Notes: generated by a model not told the origin, from the sequence alone. A stretch of 62,824 nucleotides of DNA from Gemmatimonadota bacterium (GCA_038153405.1 JAYOYH010000017.1:28352-91175), one strand, 5' to 3'; numbered from the stretch's first letter, positions 1 through 9,054 are shown. Numbers and translations: made by a program.

Positions 1-54
1 TTCCCGGCCTTCCCGGCTTTCCCGGCCTTCCCGGCCTTCTCGGCCTTCCCGGCT
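1..54. repeat. Six tandem 9-bp repeats (TTCCCGGCY) encoding (G/S)RE repeats
   Basis: ttcccggcc ttcccggct ttcccggcc ttcccggcc ttctcggcc ttcccggct, in frame with the minus-strand ORF. Confidence 0.85.
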
Positions 55-693
55 GCGCTCCTGCGGCGGGCGCTCCCTGTTGTTGTTGCGCGCGGGTGGG
101 GCTTCTTCCTTGGCCTCCACAGCGACTTTCTCCTTGGCTGGCTCGGCGACTTTTTTGGCTGGTTCGGCGGCGGCGGGAACGGCCTTTTGCGTCCCGGTCG
201 GCGGTTCGCCAAAATCGGCTTCGCCGTTTAAGTATTTGAAAAACATCTTCATTTTGTTAGCTGAATCGCGGCCCATGCCCGTGCGTTCGCGGAAGTATTC
301 GACGATCTCTTCGTCGTTCATAATACCGCTCTTTTCCTGCTCTTCTAACAGGTCCCTGTAGAGGTCGCGTTGGACTTCGGCTAGGGCAAAGGCGCGCGTT
401 TCAGTGCTGATTACTTGGTGTAAGAGCGGAGTGGGATACTGGTCGCGGTCGATGAGCTTCATCGCTTCGATGCCGCGCAGAAAGCGGTAGATCATCGATG
501 GGGTGCGAATAATGGCTCGCACATAATCGCGGTCGATCTGCTCGGGCACTTTGCTCTCCAAGCGCGACAAGAACTTTTCAAACTGCACCTTGGTTATGTA
601 CGGATACCAAGTTTTTGTTTGACGACCACCTTCGCCGCTGTCCTGCACTTCCTCTTCGGAAGCATCAGCCTGAGATTCGTTGCTTTCTTCCAT
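1..693 (-). CDS. Hypothetical protein, 3' end outside the window; possibly DUF5343-like N-terminal domain with a low-complexity charged tail
   Basis: Not in the ORF track because it has no stop in the window. Manual translation from ATG 693 (GGAGAG RBS) gives MEESNESQ...WYPYITKVQFEKFLSRLESKVPEQIDRDYV..., open to position 1. Confidence 0.7.
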   Translation of the reverse strand, partial: MEESNESQADASEEEVQDSGEGGRQTKTWYPYITKVQFEKFLSRLESKVPEQIDRDYVRAIIRTPSMIYRFLRGIEAMKLIDRDQYPTPLLHQVISTETRAFALAEVQRDLYRDLLEEQEKSGIMNDEEIVEYFRERTGMGRDSANKMKMFFKYLNGEADFGEPPTGTQKAVPAAAEPAKKVAEPAKEKVAVEAKEEAPPARNNNRERPPQERSREGREGREGRESREGRE

Positions 694-738
694 GGAACTC
701 TCCATATCTTGGTTGGTTGACCTGGCGCCAGCCGTTCG

Positions 739-1098
739 TTATGAGCTCTGCGCGTACTCGACAGTGACGACCGTGCTGATTCCTCCGCGCACGTTAAAAT
801 CCCCTATGACGGTCATGCGTCGCGGCGCACAGGCGGCCACGAGGTCTTCCAATATCGAATTGGTCACGGCTTCGTGGAAAATGCCCTGGTCGCGAAATGA
901 CCAGAGGTAGAGCTTGAGTGACTTCAGCTCGATGCATCTCTCATCGGGCACATAGCGGATTCGGATCGTGCCAAAGTCAGGTTGCCCCGTCTTGGGGCAC
1001 ACTGCGGTGAACTCCGGGCACTCCATTTCTATGGTGTAGTCGCGCCCGGGATAGGGATTGACGAAGGTGTCTAGCGTTTTGTTTGGTTCAGTGGACAT
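739..1098 (-). CDS. queF: 7-cyano-7-deazaguanine (preQ0) reductase, unimodular QueF
   Basis: [23 protein letters not shown] and FHE motifs; [10 protein letters not shown]-terminus. Confidence 0.95.
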   Translation of the reverse strand: MSTEPNKTLDTFVNPYPGRDYTIEMECPEFTAVCPKTGQPDFGTIRIRYVPDERCIELKSLKLYLWSFRDQGIFHEAVTNSILEDLVAACAPRRMTVIGDFNVRGGISTVVTVEYAQSS

Positions 1099-1153
1099 AG
1101 ATTTCTATTCGCCAGTTAAAGAAGCAGAATATAAGGATAAAGAGCTGCTTTGG

Positions 1154-2740
1154 CTATGCATCGCCGAGGAAGTGGCGGATGGCATTGGCCGTTAGACGCG
1201 AGACGATATCGTCTACCAGTATCGAACTTGGATAGGTTATGGAGCCGGCCGAGAATACGCCGCCGCCGCTGGACGTGTCGTAGTAGGTTATTTCGGCGCC
1301 GCCGCGATCTGGGTTGAGGCCGCGCGCCACGACGTGGATATTGGCTGGCGAAGAGGGCGACGTCTTGTCCGTCTCGTGGCCGGATGCACCGCCCGGAATG
1401 CGCTCGTGTAAGCTGCGCTGGCCAAAGAGATCGCCGTTGCGCACGCCGGTGCCGCTAAAAAGCCAGTGGTCGGCATCGACAACTTCATAGGGGGCGGCTG
1501 TCATAATGCCCGCGTCCGTGTATACGACGCCCAACAGATTGGCTTCCGACTCGTTGTAAATGTGGAAGCGGCTCTCGAGGCCACGTGCCTGCATGTCGCG
1601 CGCATCCCCATTTTTAACCTTCATCGTTTGTGCGTCGAGCATATCTATTTCGCAGTTGAGGCCGTTGCCTCCCAGATAGAGCAGCGTGCCTCCGCGCTCG
1701 TGTACCCACGCTTTGAGCTCGTAGTACATCTTGCTCGACCAGTATTCGGGGTGCGTAGTGATAATGAGTACTTTGTAGGCATCGAGGTTGAGCGTCCCCT
1801 CGTGCAGCTGCGTTTCGGCGTAAAGATCGTAGTCGAAGCCCTCGCGTTCCATCCAGCCGATAAAGCGCCACTCGGCCGGTGCCACGTGGCAGGCCGCGCG
1901 CCCGGCTATGGGATCGGTAATCAGCACGTCCTCGGGGATGTGGTTGATCGGCTCGGGGCGATCAAAAGAGAGCGGCGCGTAGTCTTCCGTATCGTAGTTG
2001 ATGTGCAGTGGATCGGTGTAGCGCTTGAGCTCGAGGCGGGCATTAATGGTCGGCGTTGGCGGAAAGCGATCCGGGTGTATGTAGTTGGAGCGGCCGCCAA
2101 AGCTGTTGTAGGCATTCCAATTGATATTAGAAGCAAGGACGGCGATATCGCTTTGTGGCTGCGCCGGCGCGACGATCCACGGGAAGGAGAAAAATGCACC
2201 CGACTCGCCCTTGGCATGGAAGTAATAGAGACCGGAGCGCTCGGGAGCGGTGACGTGCTGTTTGTGGTGGGGGCTGGTATAGCCAAATTTATTCCACATG
2301 ACCCCCGTCTGCGTATAGTCGCCGTCGGGTGTGATCTGCATGGTAGCGCGGGCGCCGTGCTCGTCGTACCAGCCGAGTGAACGCACATGTTCTTTATGAA
2401 ATCCATAGCGCCACAGGTCGAGTCGATAGGCTTCTACCGCGTGTACGCGAAACTCCGACTTTTCGCCGGAGCGCACCCATTTGGGCCAGGCGTAGCCGAG
2501 TAATTGGTGAGAGAGCAGGCGAAACTGGTAGGGGCGATCTGGGTCGGCGTTGAATTCGACGCGCTTGGGCCCAAAACCGTCTTTTTGTAAGACGGCTGTA
2601 TGAGTGCCCGCTTCGATATCGGCGTACACGGCACCGCTGGCGCTGGAACGGGCCGATACGACGCCGCGTTCGCTGGTAAATTCAAAGAGCACGTCCGCCA
2701 GGGCCAAGTAGCGCTCATCGCTCACGTATCCAACTAGCAT
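1154..2740 (-). CDS. N,N-dimethylformamidase beta-subunit-like protein with N-terminal carboxypeptidase-regulatory-like domain
   Basis: WNAYNSFGGRSNY, LSFDRP, HPEYWS, LYLGGN, ASGHETD and GGVFSAGSI motifs typical of the DMFase large-subunit family. Confidence 0.75.
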   Translation of the reverse strand: MLVGYVSDERYLALADVLFEFTSERGVVSARSSASGAVYADIEAGTHTAVLQKDGFGPKRVEFNADPDRPYQFRLLSHQLLGYAWPKWVRSGEKSEFRVHAVEAYRLDLWRYGFHKEHVRSLGWYDEHGARATMQITPDGDYTQTGVMWNKFGYTSPHHKQHVTAPERSGLYYFHAKGESGAFFSFPWIVAPAQPQSDIAVLASNINWNAYNSFGGRSNYIHPDRFPPTPTINARLELKRYTDPLHINYDTEDYAPLSFDRPEPINHIPEDVLITDPIAGRAACHVAPAEWRFIGWMEREGFDYDLYAETQLHEGTLNLDAYKVLIITTHPEYWSSKMYYELKAWVHERGGTLLYLGGNGLNCEIDMLDAQTMKVKNGDARDMQARGLESRFHIYNESEANLLGVVYTDAGIMTAAPYEVVDADHWLFSGTGVRNGDLFGQRSLHERIPGGASGHETDKTSPSSPANIHVVARGLNPDRGGAEITYYDTSSGGGVFSAGSITYPSSILVDDIVSRLTANAIRHFLGDA

Positions 2741-2741
2741 G

Positions 2742-3404
2742 TCAATCCTCTTTTCGGTAGGGTATGGGGTCTTTCATACAATGAGTTGCAAAGCCGTTTA
2801 GGCGCATGCGACAGCTAGTGCAGCGACCGCACGCCAGATCTTCGCTCTGGTAGCAGGACCAGGTCAGGTGAAAGGGGGCTTGCAGGTCCAAGCCCTGGCG
2901 TATGATGGCGGCCTTGTCGAGAGCGATCAGCGGTGCGCGCACCTCAATATGGGTGTTGGGCCGGGTTCCCACCTGCACCATGTGGTTGTAGGCGTGGATA
3001 AACTCGCTGCGACAGTCCGGATAGGCGCTCTCTTCCTGGTGGGCGCCTATATAGATGGCCTCGGCACCCAACACTTCGGCCCAAGCCACGCCAATGCCCA
3101 ATAGGTTGGCATTGCGGAAGGGAACATAGGTGCTGGGCACGCCGTCCTCTTCGTGTGTGGGTATGGCGAGCGCCGGGTCGACTAGGCTCGATCCGCCGAT
3201 TTGGCGCATAAAACCCACGTCGACGACGAGGCGCTCTGCGGCGCTAAAGTAGTCCGCCAGCGCGCCAAAGGCGCTCAGTTCGCGCTTCTGAGTGCGTTGG
3301 TGATAATTCAAGTGGAGAAAGGCTAGCGCGTGCTTCTGCGCTGCGATGGCAGCCGTGACGCAGGAGTCGAGGCCACCGCTGACGAGTATAACGGCCGTTG
3401 ACAT
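2742..3404 (-). CDS. queC: 7-cyano-7-deazaguanine synthase
   Basis: SGGLDS PP-loop, STYVPFRN, YPDCR, TWSCY and CGRCTSC zinc site. Confidence 0.95.
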   Translation of the reverse strand: MSTAVILVSGGLDSCVTAAIAAQKHALAFLHLNYHQRTQKRELSAFGALADYFSAAERLVVDVGFMRQIGGSSLVDPALAIPTHEEDGVPSTYVPFRNANLLGIGVAWAEVLGAEAIYIGAHQEESAYPDCRSEFIHAYNHMVQVGTRPNTHIEVRAPLIALDKAAIIRQGLDLQAPFHLTWSCYQSEDLACGRCTSCRMRLNGFATHCMKDPIPYRKED

Positions 3405-3411
3405 ACGGGCA

Positions 3412-3472
3412 AAGATTGGTGGTTAGCAGGTGTGTGTCAAGCTATTGACAGGCTAGGGGTAGCACCTAGATT
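3412..3472. promoter_or_regulatory. Back-to-back sigma70-type promoters for queC (-) and ispH (+)
   Basis: TGTCAA-gcta-TTGACA (3435-3450) gives a -35 on each strand; TAGATT at 3467-3472 (+) and CAATCT at 3418-3413 (-), each at 16-nt spacing. Confidence 0.5.
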
Positions 3473-3494
3473 GGGTAGGTGTCAGGAGATATAT

Positions 3495-4757
3495 ATGGCC
3501 TATTCTCAGTTCGATCGGGTGCCCAATCACTACGCCGGTCCCATCATCCAGCGGGTCAAGGATTTTCGCCAGGAAAAAGGGCGGCGTTCGCTGGTTCCGA
3601 CCGCGCTGCAAATCGGTCAGTTGGAGCTACTCATACCGCGCCATTTTGGTTTCTGCTTTGGCGTAGAGCGCGCCATCCACATGGCGTTTTCCATTTTGGA
3701 GAAGCAGCCCAATAAGCGGACCTATCTCGTCAGCGAGATTATTCACAACCCGCTGGTCAACAGCGAGCTCAAGGAGCGCGGCGTCGAGTTCGTCTACGAT
3801 ACAAACGGCCATCGCCAGGTGGGCGAGGACGAGCTCACCAGCGATGACGTGGTGCTCATACCTGCCTTTGGCACCACGCTGCAAGTGGAGGATTCGCTGC
3901 GGGCCAGCGGCATTGATATCGACGATGCGAACTATCGCGAACACTACGATACCACGTGTCCGTTCGTGTCGAAGGTGTGGAAGCGCGGAGAAGAACTGGG
4001 TCGCGAGGGCTACACGATTATCATCCACGGCAAGTATGGGCACGAGGAGACGCAGGCCACGCATTCCCACACAAAGGAGCACGCCAAAACGCTGGTCGTG
4101 CTGGACTGTGAAGAAGCGGAAAAGGTTGCTGCTTTTATCGTAGGCGAAATGAGCGCCGCGGCTTTTCGCGCCGAGTTTGCCGGCAAGTGGTCGGACGGTT
4201 TTGACCCCGAGCGCGATTTGCAGCGCGTTGCGGTCGTCAACCAGACGACCATGTTGGCCGCTGAAACGCAGCGCGTCGCGCAGATACTGTCTGCCGCTAT
4301 GGAGCGACGCTATGGCAGCGAAAATATAGAATACCACTGCGCCGATACCAACGATACGCTGTGCTATGCGACGAATCAGAACCAAAATGCCACGCACGCG
4401 CTGCTGCAGTCAGAGGCCGATCTAGCGCTTATCGTCGGAGGCTACAATAGCTCAAATACGTCGCACTTAGTGGAAATTTGTTCGCAGATGATGCCTAGCT
4501 ATCTCATCGCCAACAGCGACGAGTTGGTCTCTGCGCAGCAGATTCGCCACTTCGACATAGGGCGCAAGGAAGTTGTGTGTGACGAAAGGTGGTTGCCCCA
4601 GAGCCTGCCGCTGCGCATGGTGATCACCTCTGGTGCGTCGTGTCCAGATGTCCTTATGAACCGGGTTATTGAGCGCGTGGTAGAGCTGTGCGGATATGGC
4701 CGTGCAGATGTCGAGCGCGGCCTGAATGCCCTGCGCCTGTTCGAGGAGGCCACATGA
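3495..4757 (+). CDS. ispH: 4-hydroxy-3-methylbut-2-enyl diphosphate reductase
   Basis: FGFCFGVERA, EIIHNP, DTTCPFV, NQTTM, TLCYAT, GGYNSSNT and TSGASCP motifs; AGGAG RBS before ATG 3495. Confidence 0.95.
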   Translation: MAYSQFDRVPNHYAGPIIQRVKDFRQEKGRRSLVPTALQIGQLELLIPRHFGFCFGVERAIHMAFSILEKQPNKRTYLVSEIIHNPLVNSELKERGVEFVYDTNGHRQVGEDELTSDDVVLIPAFGTTLQVEDSLRASGIDIDDANYREHYDTTCPFVSKVWKRGEELGREGYTIIIHGKYGHEETQATHSHTKEHAKTLVVLDCEEAEKVAAFIVGEMSAAAFRAEFAGKWSDGFDPERDLQRVAVVNQTTMLAAETQRVAQILSAAMERRYGSENIEYHCADTNDTLCYATNQNQNATHALLQSEADLALIVGGYNSSNTSHLVEICSQMMPSYLIANSDELVSAQQIRHFDIGRKEVVCDERWLPQSLPLRMVITSGASCPDVLMNRVIERVVELCGYGRADVERGLNALRLFEEAT

Positions 4758-5059
4758 TCGTTGCACTGGTCAAAGGACACGTGGTTTCCTCTGCCAAAGT
4801 GGATAATTTAGAGGGAGAGAAACTGCTGCTAATCGAGATTCTCGCCGCGACGCCCGAAGGGCTCAAGCACACCGACCAACATATGGTGTGCATCGATTCG
4901 GTGCAGGCCGGCGAGGGCGAGTTGGTCGTCGTAGTGCAGGGTTCTTCGGCGCGCATTGCTGCGGGTATGAGCGACGTGCCGGTCGATGCGCTGGCGATAG
5001 GAATTGTCGATTCGCTGCAGGCATTTGGCCGTCAGCTAGCGCTGGAGGTTGTCCAGTGA
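4754..5059 (+). CDS. BMC vertex protein (BMC-P, EutN/CcmL family) 1
   Basis: MIVALVKGHVVSSAK...DSVQAGEGE...QGSSAR...DALAIGIVD; ATGA overlap with the ispH stop. Confidence 0.92.
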   Translation: MIVALVKGHVVSSAKVDNLEGEKLLLIEILAATPEGLKHTDQHMVCIDSVQAGEGELVVVVQGSSARIAAGMSDVPVDALAIGIVDSLQAFGRQLALEVVQ

Positions 5060-5301
5060 AGCGCTGCCGCGTCATCGGCCACGTCGTTGCCAACGCCAAG
5101 CACAGCGTATTGGACGGTCAGAAGATCATGGTCGTCAAGCCCGAGCCCGATGGTCCCATGCAATTGGCGCTGGACGGGGTTGGTGCGGGCATTGGCTCGC
5201 TGGTTATCGTCGCCGAGTCGGGCACGGCGGGCGCTCAGGTGACCGGGTGGGAACATCCGCCGGCGCGCAGCGTCATCGTCGGCATCATAGACGGAGCGTA
5301 A
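5056..5301 (+). CDS. BMC vertex protein (BMC-P, EutN/CcmL family) 2
   Basis: GTG start overlapping the previous TGA; RVIGHVVANAKH...LALDGVGAGIG...VIVGIID. Confidence 0.88.
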   Translation: MKRCRVIGHVVANAKHSVLDGQKIMVVKPEPDGPMQLALDGVGAGIGSLVIVAESGTAGAQVTGWEHPPARSVIVGIIDGA

Positions 5302-5305
5302 CGGT

Positions 5306-5572
5306 ATGAAATTGGGGAAAGTAGTTGGCACGGTCGTTCTATCGCACTGCATCGATTCCTTTCGCGGTCGACCGCTGCATTTGGTAATGAGCGTAAACGA
5401 AGATTTGCAACCTGTCGGCGAAGCGGAGGTCTGCACCACGTGGGAAGCGCGCAGCGAAGGAGAACTCGTCGTATTTGAGGTAGCGCGCGAAGCCGCCAAT
5501 ATCGCCGATCCGGCCATTCCATCGGATGCTTCCATTATCGGCAAAGTGGAAAAGGTGCATATCGAGCGGTAG
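5306..5572 (+). CDS. BMC vertex protein (BMC-P, EutN/CcmL family) 3, divergent
   Basis: MKLGKVVGTVV...EGELV...AREAA...SDASIIGKVE. Confidence 0.85.
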   Translation: MKLGKVVGTVVLSHCIDSFRGRPLHLVMSVNEDLQPVGEAEVCTTWEARSEGELVVFEVAREAANIADPAIPSDASIIGKVEKVHIER

Positions 5573-5597
5573 GGCGTCCTCGCCAGCACAACAACAG

Positions 5598-5638
5598 ATC
5601 GCCCGCGCTGCCATATAAAGCAGCGCGGGCGATTTTTT
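5598..5638 (+). terminator. Rho-independent terminator after the ispH/BMC-P genes
   Basis: Perfect 14-bp stem ATCGCCCGCGCTGC/GCAGCGCGGGCGAT, 8-nt loop, T-tract; lies between convergent genes. Confidence 0.85.
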
Positions 5639-5657
5639 GGCGATCCAAGCGGGTGTT

Positions 5658-6458
5658 TTAGGGGCCTACCACGCGGTTTTTGAGCTGGCCAATGCCCTCC
5701 AATTCGACGATGACCTCGTCGCCTGGTTTGAGCCAGACCGGCGGTTTGCGCGCAAAGCCGACTCCTTGCGGAGTGCCGGTGAGAATGACGGTGCCTGGCA
5801 GCAGCGTGGTGTCCTGGCTGAGAAAGCTAATGATTTCGGCGACGGAAAAAATCATGTCGCCGGTGGTGTGGTCCTGCATGGTCTGGCCGTTGAGAATCGT
5901 CTTGATGCCCAAGTTTTGCGGGTCGGCAATCTCGTCTGCCGTGACCAGCACCGGTCCAAGGGGGCAGAACGTGTCAAAACCCTTGCCGCGTATCCACTGG
6001 CCGCCGCCGGCATTGAGCTGCCACTTGCGGGCCGATACGTCGTTGGCGCAGGTATAGCCCAGCACGCAGTCCAGCGCATCGTCAACGCGCACATCGCGCA
6101 CTGGTCGTCCAATGACGACGGCCAGTTCGCACTCGTAGTCGACTTCTTCGTCCTGCTGGCAGGCCGGCAGGCGTATGGGGTCGCCGGGGTGGCAGAGCGC
6201 GCTGGTCGGCTTGGCAAAGACGATGGGTAGTTTGGGCTCTTCCATCCCCGACTCGGCGGCGTGCTCCCGATAGTTGAGCCCTATGCAATATATATTGGTC
6301 GGGGCGATGGGGGCTAGTAGCTTGGCAATAGGAGCGGTCGTTCCGCTCGGCGACAGGCCCGCGTAGAGATCGCCTTCGAGTATCTCGGCCTGGCCGCCCT
6401 CGCTTTCCGCGCCGTAGTGCTCGCGGTTTTCGCCATCTAAAAAACGAATAATGCGCAT
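5658..6458 (-). CDS. Fumarylacetoacetate hydrolase (FAH) family protein
   Basis: CIGLNYREH, DYECELAVVIG, NDVSAR, GKGFDTFCPLGP and ILTGTP motifs; GGAGGAG RBS before ATG 6458. Confidence 0.92.
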   Translation of the reverse strand: MRIIRFLDGENREHYGAESEGGQAEILEGDLYAGLSPSGTTAPIAKLLAPIAPTNIYCIGLNYREHAAESGMEEPKLPIVFAKPTSALCHPGDPIRLPACQQDEEVDYECELAVVIGRPVRDVRVDDALDCVLGYTCANDVSARKWQLNAGGGQWIRGKGFDTFCPLGPVLVTADEIADPQNLGIKTILNGQTMQDHTTGDMIFSVAEIISFLSQDTTLLPGTVILTGTPQGVGFARKPPVWLKPGDEVIVELEGIGQLKNRVVGP

Positions 6459-6495
6459 ATGTTCTCCTCCTTTTTTCGCCGCGTTACAGGCGATC

Positions 6496-6566
6496 AAGGT
6501 AGGCGTTGCAGGGCGCGAGTGTCAAGCCGAGGCCAACTTGACGGAGGGGGTGCCCCCGACTATTTT
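6496..6566. promoter_or_regulatory. Divergent sigma70-type promoters for the FAH gene (-) and the BMC core operon (+)
   Basis: (+) TTGACG 6538-6543, 17 nt, TATTTT 6561-6566; (-) TTGACA 6525-6520, 18 nt, TACCTT 6501-6496. Confidence 0.5.
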
Positions 6567-6618
6567 TCTGGGGCTGTATACGCACGTTGCGATATAGACA
6601 TCGAGTGAGGTGAAAAGC

Positions 6619-8046
6619 GTGGCCCATAACGCGAGCGAAGAACAAATTCGCAAAATAGTTGAAGAGGTTGTAAACCGCATTGTCGCAAACGGCAATGGCG
6701 CGTCTCATCGGGCGACCGCTGCCGGCGAGGGCGGCGTGTTCCCCACCATAGATGCTGCCGCGCAGGCGGCCACGCGGGCGCAGGAGCAGCTGGTCGCCAT
6801 GACGCTGGAGCAGCGCCGGTCGATCATCGAGGCCATTCGCCACGTATCGCGCGATCGCGCCGAAGACTTTTCCCGCCGCGCCTTGGATGAGACGGGCATG
6901 GGGCGGCTGGAGGACAAGATTCAGAAACACCGGGTAGCGGCCGATGCGACGCCGGGCATAGAAGATCTCGAAGCCAAGTCGTGGACTGGCGATCATGGGT
7001 TGACCGTGGTCGAGATGGCGCCCTACGGCGTGATTGGGGCGATTACGCCCTCTACCCATCCCGTGCCGACGATGGTCAACAACGCCATCTGTATTATTGC
7101 CGCGGGGAACTCGGTCGTGTTCAACGTGCATCCCGGTGCGAAGAACGTCTCGATGTACGCGGTGCGCCTGCTCAACGAGGCGATTGTCCAGGTCGGCGGA
7201 CCGGCCAATCTGATCACCGCTGTGGCGGAGCCAACCCTAGAGACGGCTAACCAATTGTTCACCCATCCCGGCATCCGCCTCTTGCTGGTTACCGGCGGAC
7301 CCGGCGTCGCCCAGGCTGCCATGGCCAGCCCGAAAAAGGCCATTGTCGCCGGTCCGGGTAACCCGCCCGTCGTCGTCGACGAGACGGCCGACCTCAAAAA
7401 AGCGGCCAGGGATATTATCGACGGCGGTGCCTTTGATAACAATATCCTCTGCCTAGGTGAAAAACAGGTTTTCGTCGTCGACAGCGTAGCCGATGAGCTC
7501 AAGCGCCATATGGTTGACTATAGCGCCTATGAACTCAACGCACAGCAAATTGAAGCGCTGGCTGCCGTAGCCTTTGTCAAAGGGTCCGACGGGCACCCGG
7601 TGGCCAACCGCGAATTGGTTGGTCGCAGCGCGTGGGTGCTGGCCGATCGCATTGGCATCAAGCTGGGCGAATCGCTGCGCATGCTCATCGGCGAGACGCG
7701 CGCTGACCACGTCTTTGTCGAAGAAGAACAGATGATGCCCTTTTTGCCGATCGTGCGGGTGCGCGACGTCGACGAGGGCATTCGCCTGGCGGTTATTTCC
7801 GAGCATGGCTACAAGCACACGGCGATCATTCACTCGCGCAATATCGAAAATATGCACAAGATGGCCTGCGCTGTGGATACGACGATTTTCGTGAAGAACG
7901 GCCCGTCCTTTGCCGGCGTCGGGCTAGGGGGCGAGGGTTTTGGCACCTATTCGATTGCCGGACCGACCGGCGAGGGGCTAACCTCGCCGCGCACGTTCAC
8001 GCGCGCGCGGCGCTGTGCGTTGGTCGACTATTTCCGCATTACCTAA
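6619..8046 (+). CDS. CoA-acylating aldehyde dehydrogenase (EutE/PduP family) with N-terminal encapsulation peptide
   Basis: PYGVIGAITPSTHP, VTGGPGV, AGPGNPPVVVDETAD, catalytic NNILCLGEK, AGPTGEGLTS; N-terminal amphipathic EEQIRKIVEEVVNRI; start GTG 6619 (or 6610). Confidence 0.93.
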   Translation: MAHNASEEQIRKIVEEVVNRIVANGNGASHRATAAGEGGVFPTIDAAAQAATRAQEQLVAMTLEQRRSIIEAIRHVSRDRAEDFSRRALDETGMGRLEDKIQKHRVAADATPGIEDLEAKSWTGDHGLTVVEMAPYGVIGAITPSTHPVPTMVNNAICIIAAGNSVVFNVHPGAKNVSMYAVRLLNEAIVQVGGPANLITAVAEPTLETANQLFTHPGIRLLLVTGGPGVAQAAMASPKKAIVAGPGNPPVVVDETADLKKAARDIIDGGAFDNNILCLGEKQVFVVDSVADELKRHMVDYSAYELNAQQIEALAAVAFVKGSDGHPVANRELVGRSAWVLADRIGIKLGESLRMLIGETRADHVFVEEEQMMPFLPIVRVRDVDEGIRLAVISEHGYKHTAIIHSRNIENMHKMACAVDTTIFVKNGPSFAGVGLGGEGFGTYSIAGPTGEGLTSPRTFTRARRCALVDYFRIT

Positions 8047-8058
8047 ACCGGTGGTGCG

Positions 8059-8358
8059 ATGATATTAGGACAAGTGCGCGGGCGCGTGGTATCGACGGCC
8101 AAAGTCGGCAGTTTAAACGGCAAAAAGCTGTTGATTGTAGAAGTCGTGTCCGTGCGTGAGCACGGCCTAGTGCGCACTGGTCGTGAAATGGTCTGCGTCG
8201 ATGCGGTGCAGGCCGGCGAGGGCGAACTGGTCTTCGTGGTTCAGGGATCTTCGTCGCGCATTGCACCGGATATGCGCGACGTGCCCACCGATGCGGTAAT
8301 CGTCGGCATTGTCGACTCGCTGCATTCGATGGGAAACGCTATGGAGCTGTGCGATTAA
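8059..8358 (+). CDS. BMC vertex protein (BMC-P, EutN/CcmL family) 4
   Basis: MILGQVRGRVVSTAK...DAVQAGEGE...QGSSSR...DAVIVGIVD; close paralog of 4754-5059. Confidence 0.93.
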   Translation: MILGQVRGRVVSTAKVGSLNGKKLLIVEVVSVREHGLVRTGREMVCVDAVQAGEGELVFVVQGSSSRIAPDMRDVPTDAVIVGIVDSLHSMGNAMELCD

Positions 8359-9054
8359 ATGGCGGCAGACGCACTACAGGGCTTGGACCGAGCGGCGATA
8401 GAACAGATCGTGCGCCGCGCCGTCTACGACTTTATGCCCGATGCCCAACTGGGGCGCACGGCCGGTCCCAACCTGTCGCCCGTACCGCGCTTGGTGGTCA
8501 ATATTTCGGCGCGCCATATCCATCTCAACCGCGAAGCCATGGACGTGCTCTTCGGACCGGGCAGCGAGTTGACGGTGCAAAAGGCGCTCTATCAGGAGGG
8601 CGCATTTGCCGCTGAAGAAACGCTATCGGTTTTTGGGCCGCGCAAGCAGGTTATTGCCAACGTGCGCGTCTTGGGGCCACTGCGCGAGTACAACCAGGTC
8701 GAGCTGGCTTTTACCGACGCGCGCTTCTTGGGCATTGATGCGCCGGTGCGGCTCAGCAGCCGCGTCGAGGGTTCTCCGGGGTGCTTCCTCGTTGGGCCGC
8801 ACGGCGGTCTCGAGCTGCGGGAAGGCGTAATTCGCGCCGCCCGACACGTGCATATGAGCCCAGAGGAAGCCGAGTACTACGGCGTGCAGGGGGGCGATCT
8901 CATGCGCTTGGTGATAGATAGTGAGCAGGGCGGCTCCCTGGAAGGGCTGATTTGCCGCGTCAGCAACAAGGAGAAGCTGGAAGTGCACTTAGATACAGAT
9001 GAGGGCAATGCGCTCGATCTGGTGCACGCCCGCAAAGTGTATTTGGAAAAGTAG
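8359..9054 (+). CDS. pduL: Phosphate acyltransferase (PduL family) with N-terminal encapsulation peptide
   Basis: NISARHIHL, VRVLGP, RAARHVHM and VHLDTDEGNA motifs; N-terminal LDRAAIEQIVRRAV. Confidence 0.93.
   Translation: MAADALQGLDRAAIEQIVRRAVYDFMPDAQLGRTAGPNLSPVPRLVVNISARHIHLNREAMDVLFGPGSELTVQKALYQEGAFAAEETLSVFGPRKQVIANVRVLGPLREYNQVELAFTDARFLGIDAPVRLSSRVEGSPGCFLVGPHGGLELREGVIRAARHVHMSPEEAEYYGVQGGDLMRLVIDSEQGGSLEGLICRVSNKEKLEVHLDTDEGNALDLVHARKVYLEK

Noticed and set aside
1..54. Short repeats as a CRISPR array
   Set aside because: 9-bp tandem units without spacers, in frame within a coding region; no cas genes.
1099..1153. preQ1 riboswitch upstream of queF
   Set aside because: Only a short AAGCAG/CTGCTT stem; no preQ1 loop or A-rich pseudoknot tail recognisable.
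1466..2380. Long alternative ORFs (also 3627-4397, 43541-44308, 50627-51511, 55308-56381)
   Set aside because: Antisense shadows of well-supported genes in GC-rich DNA, with no recognisable motifs.
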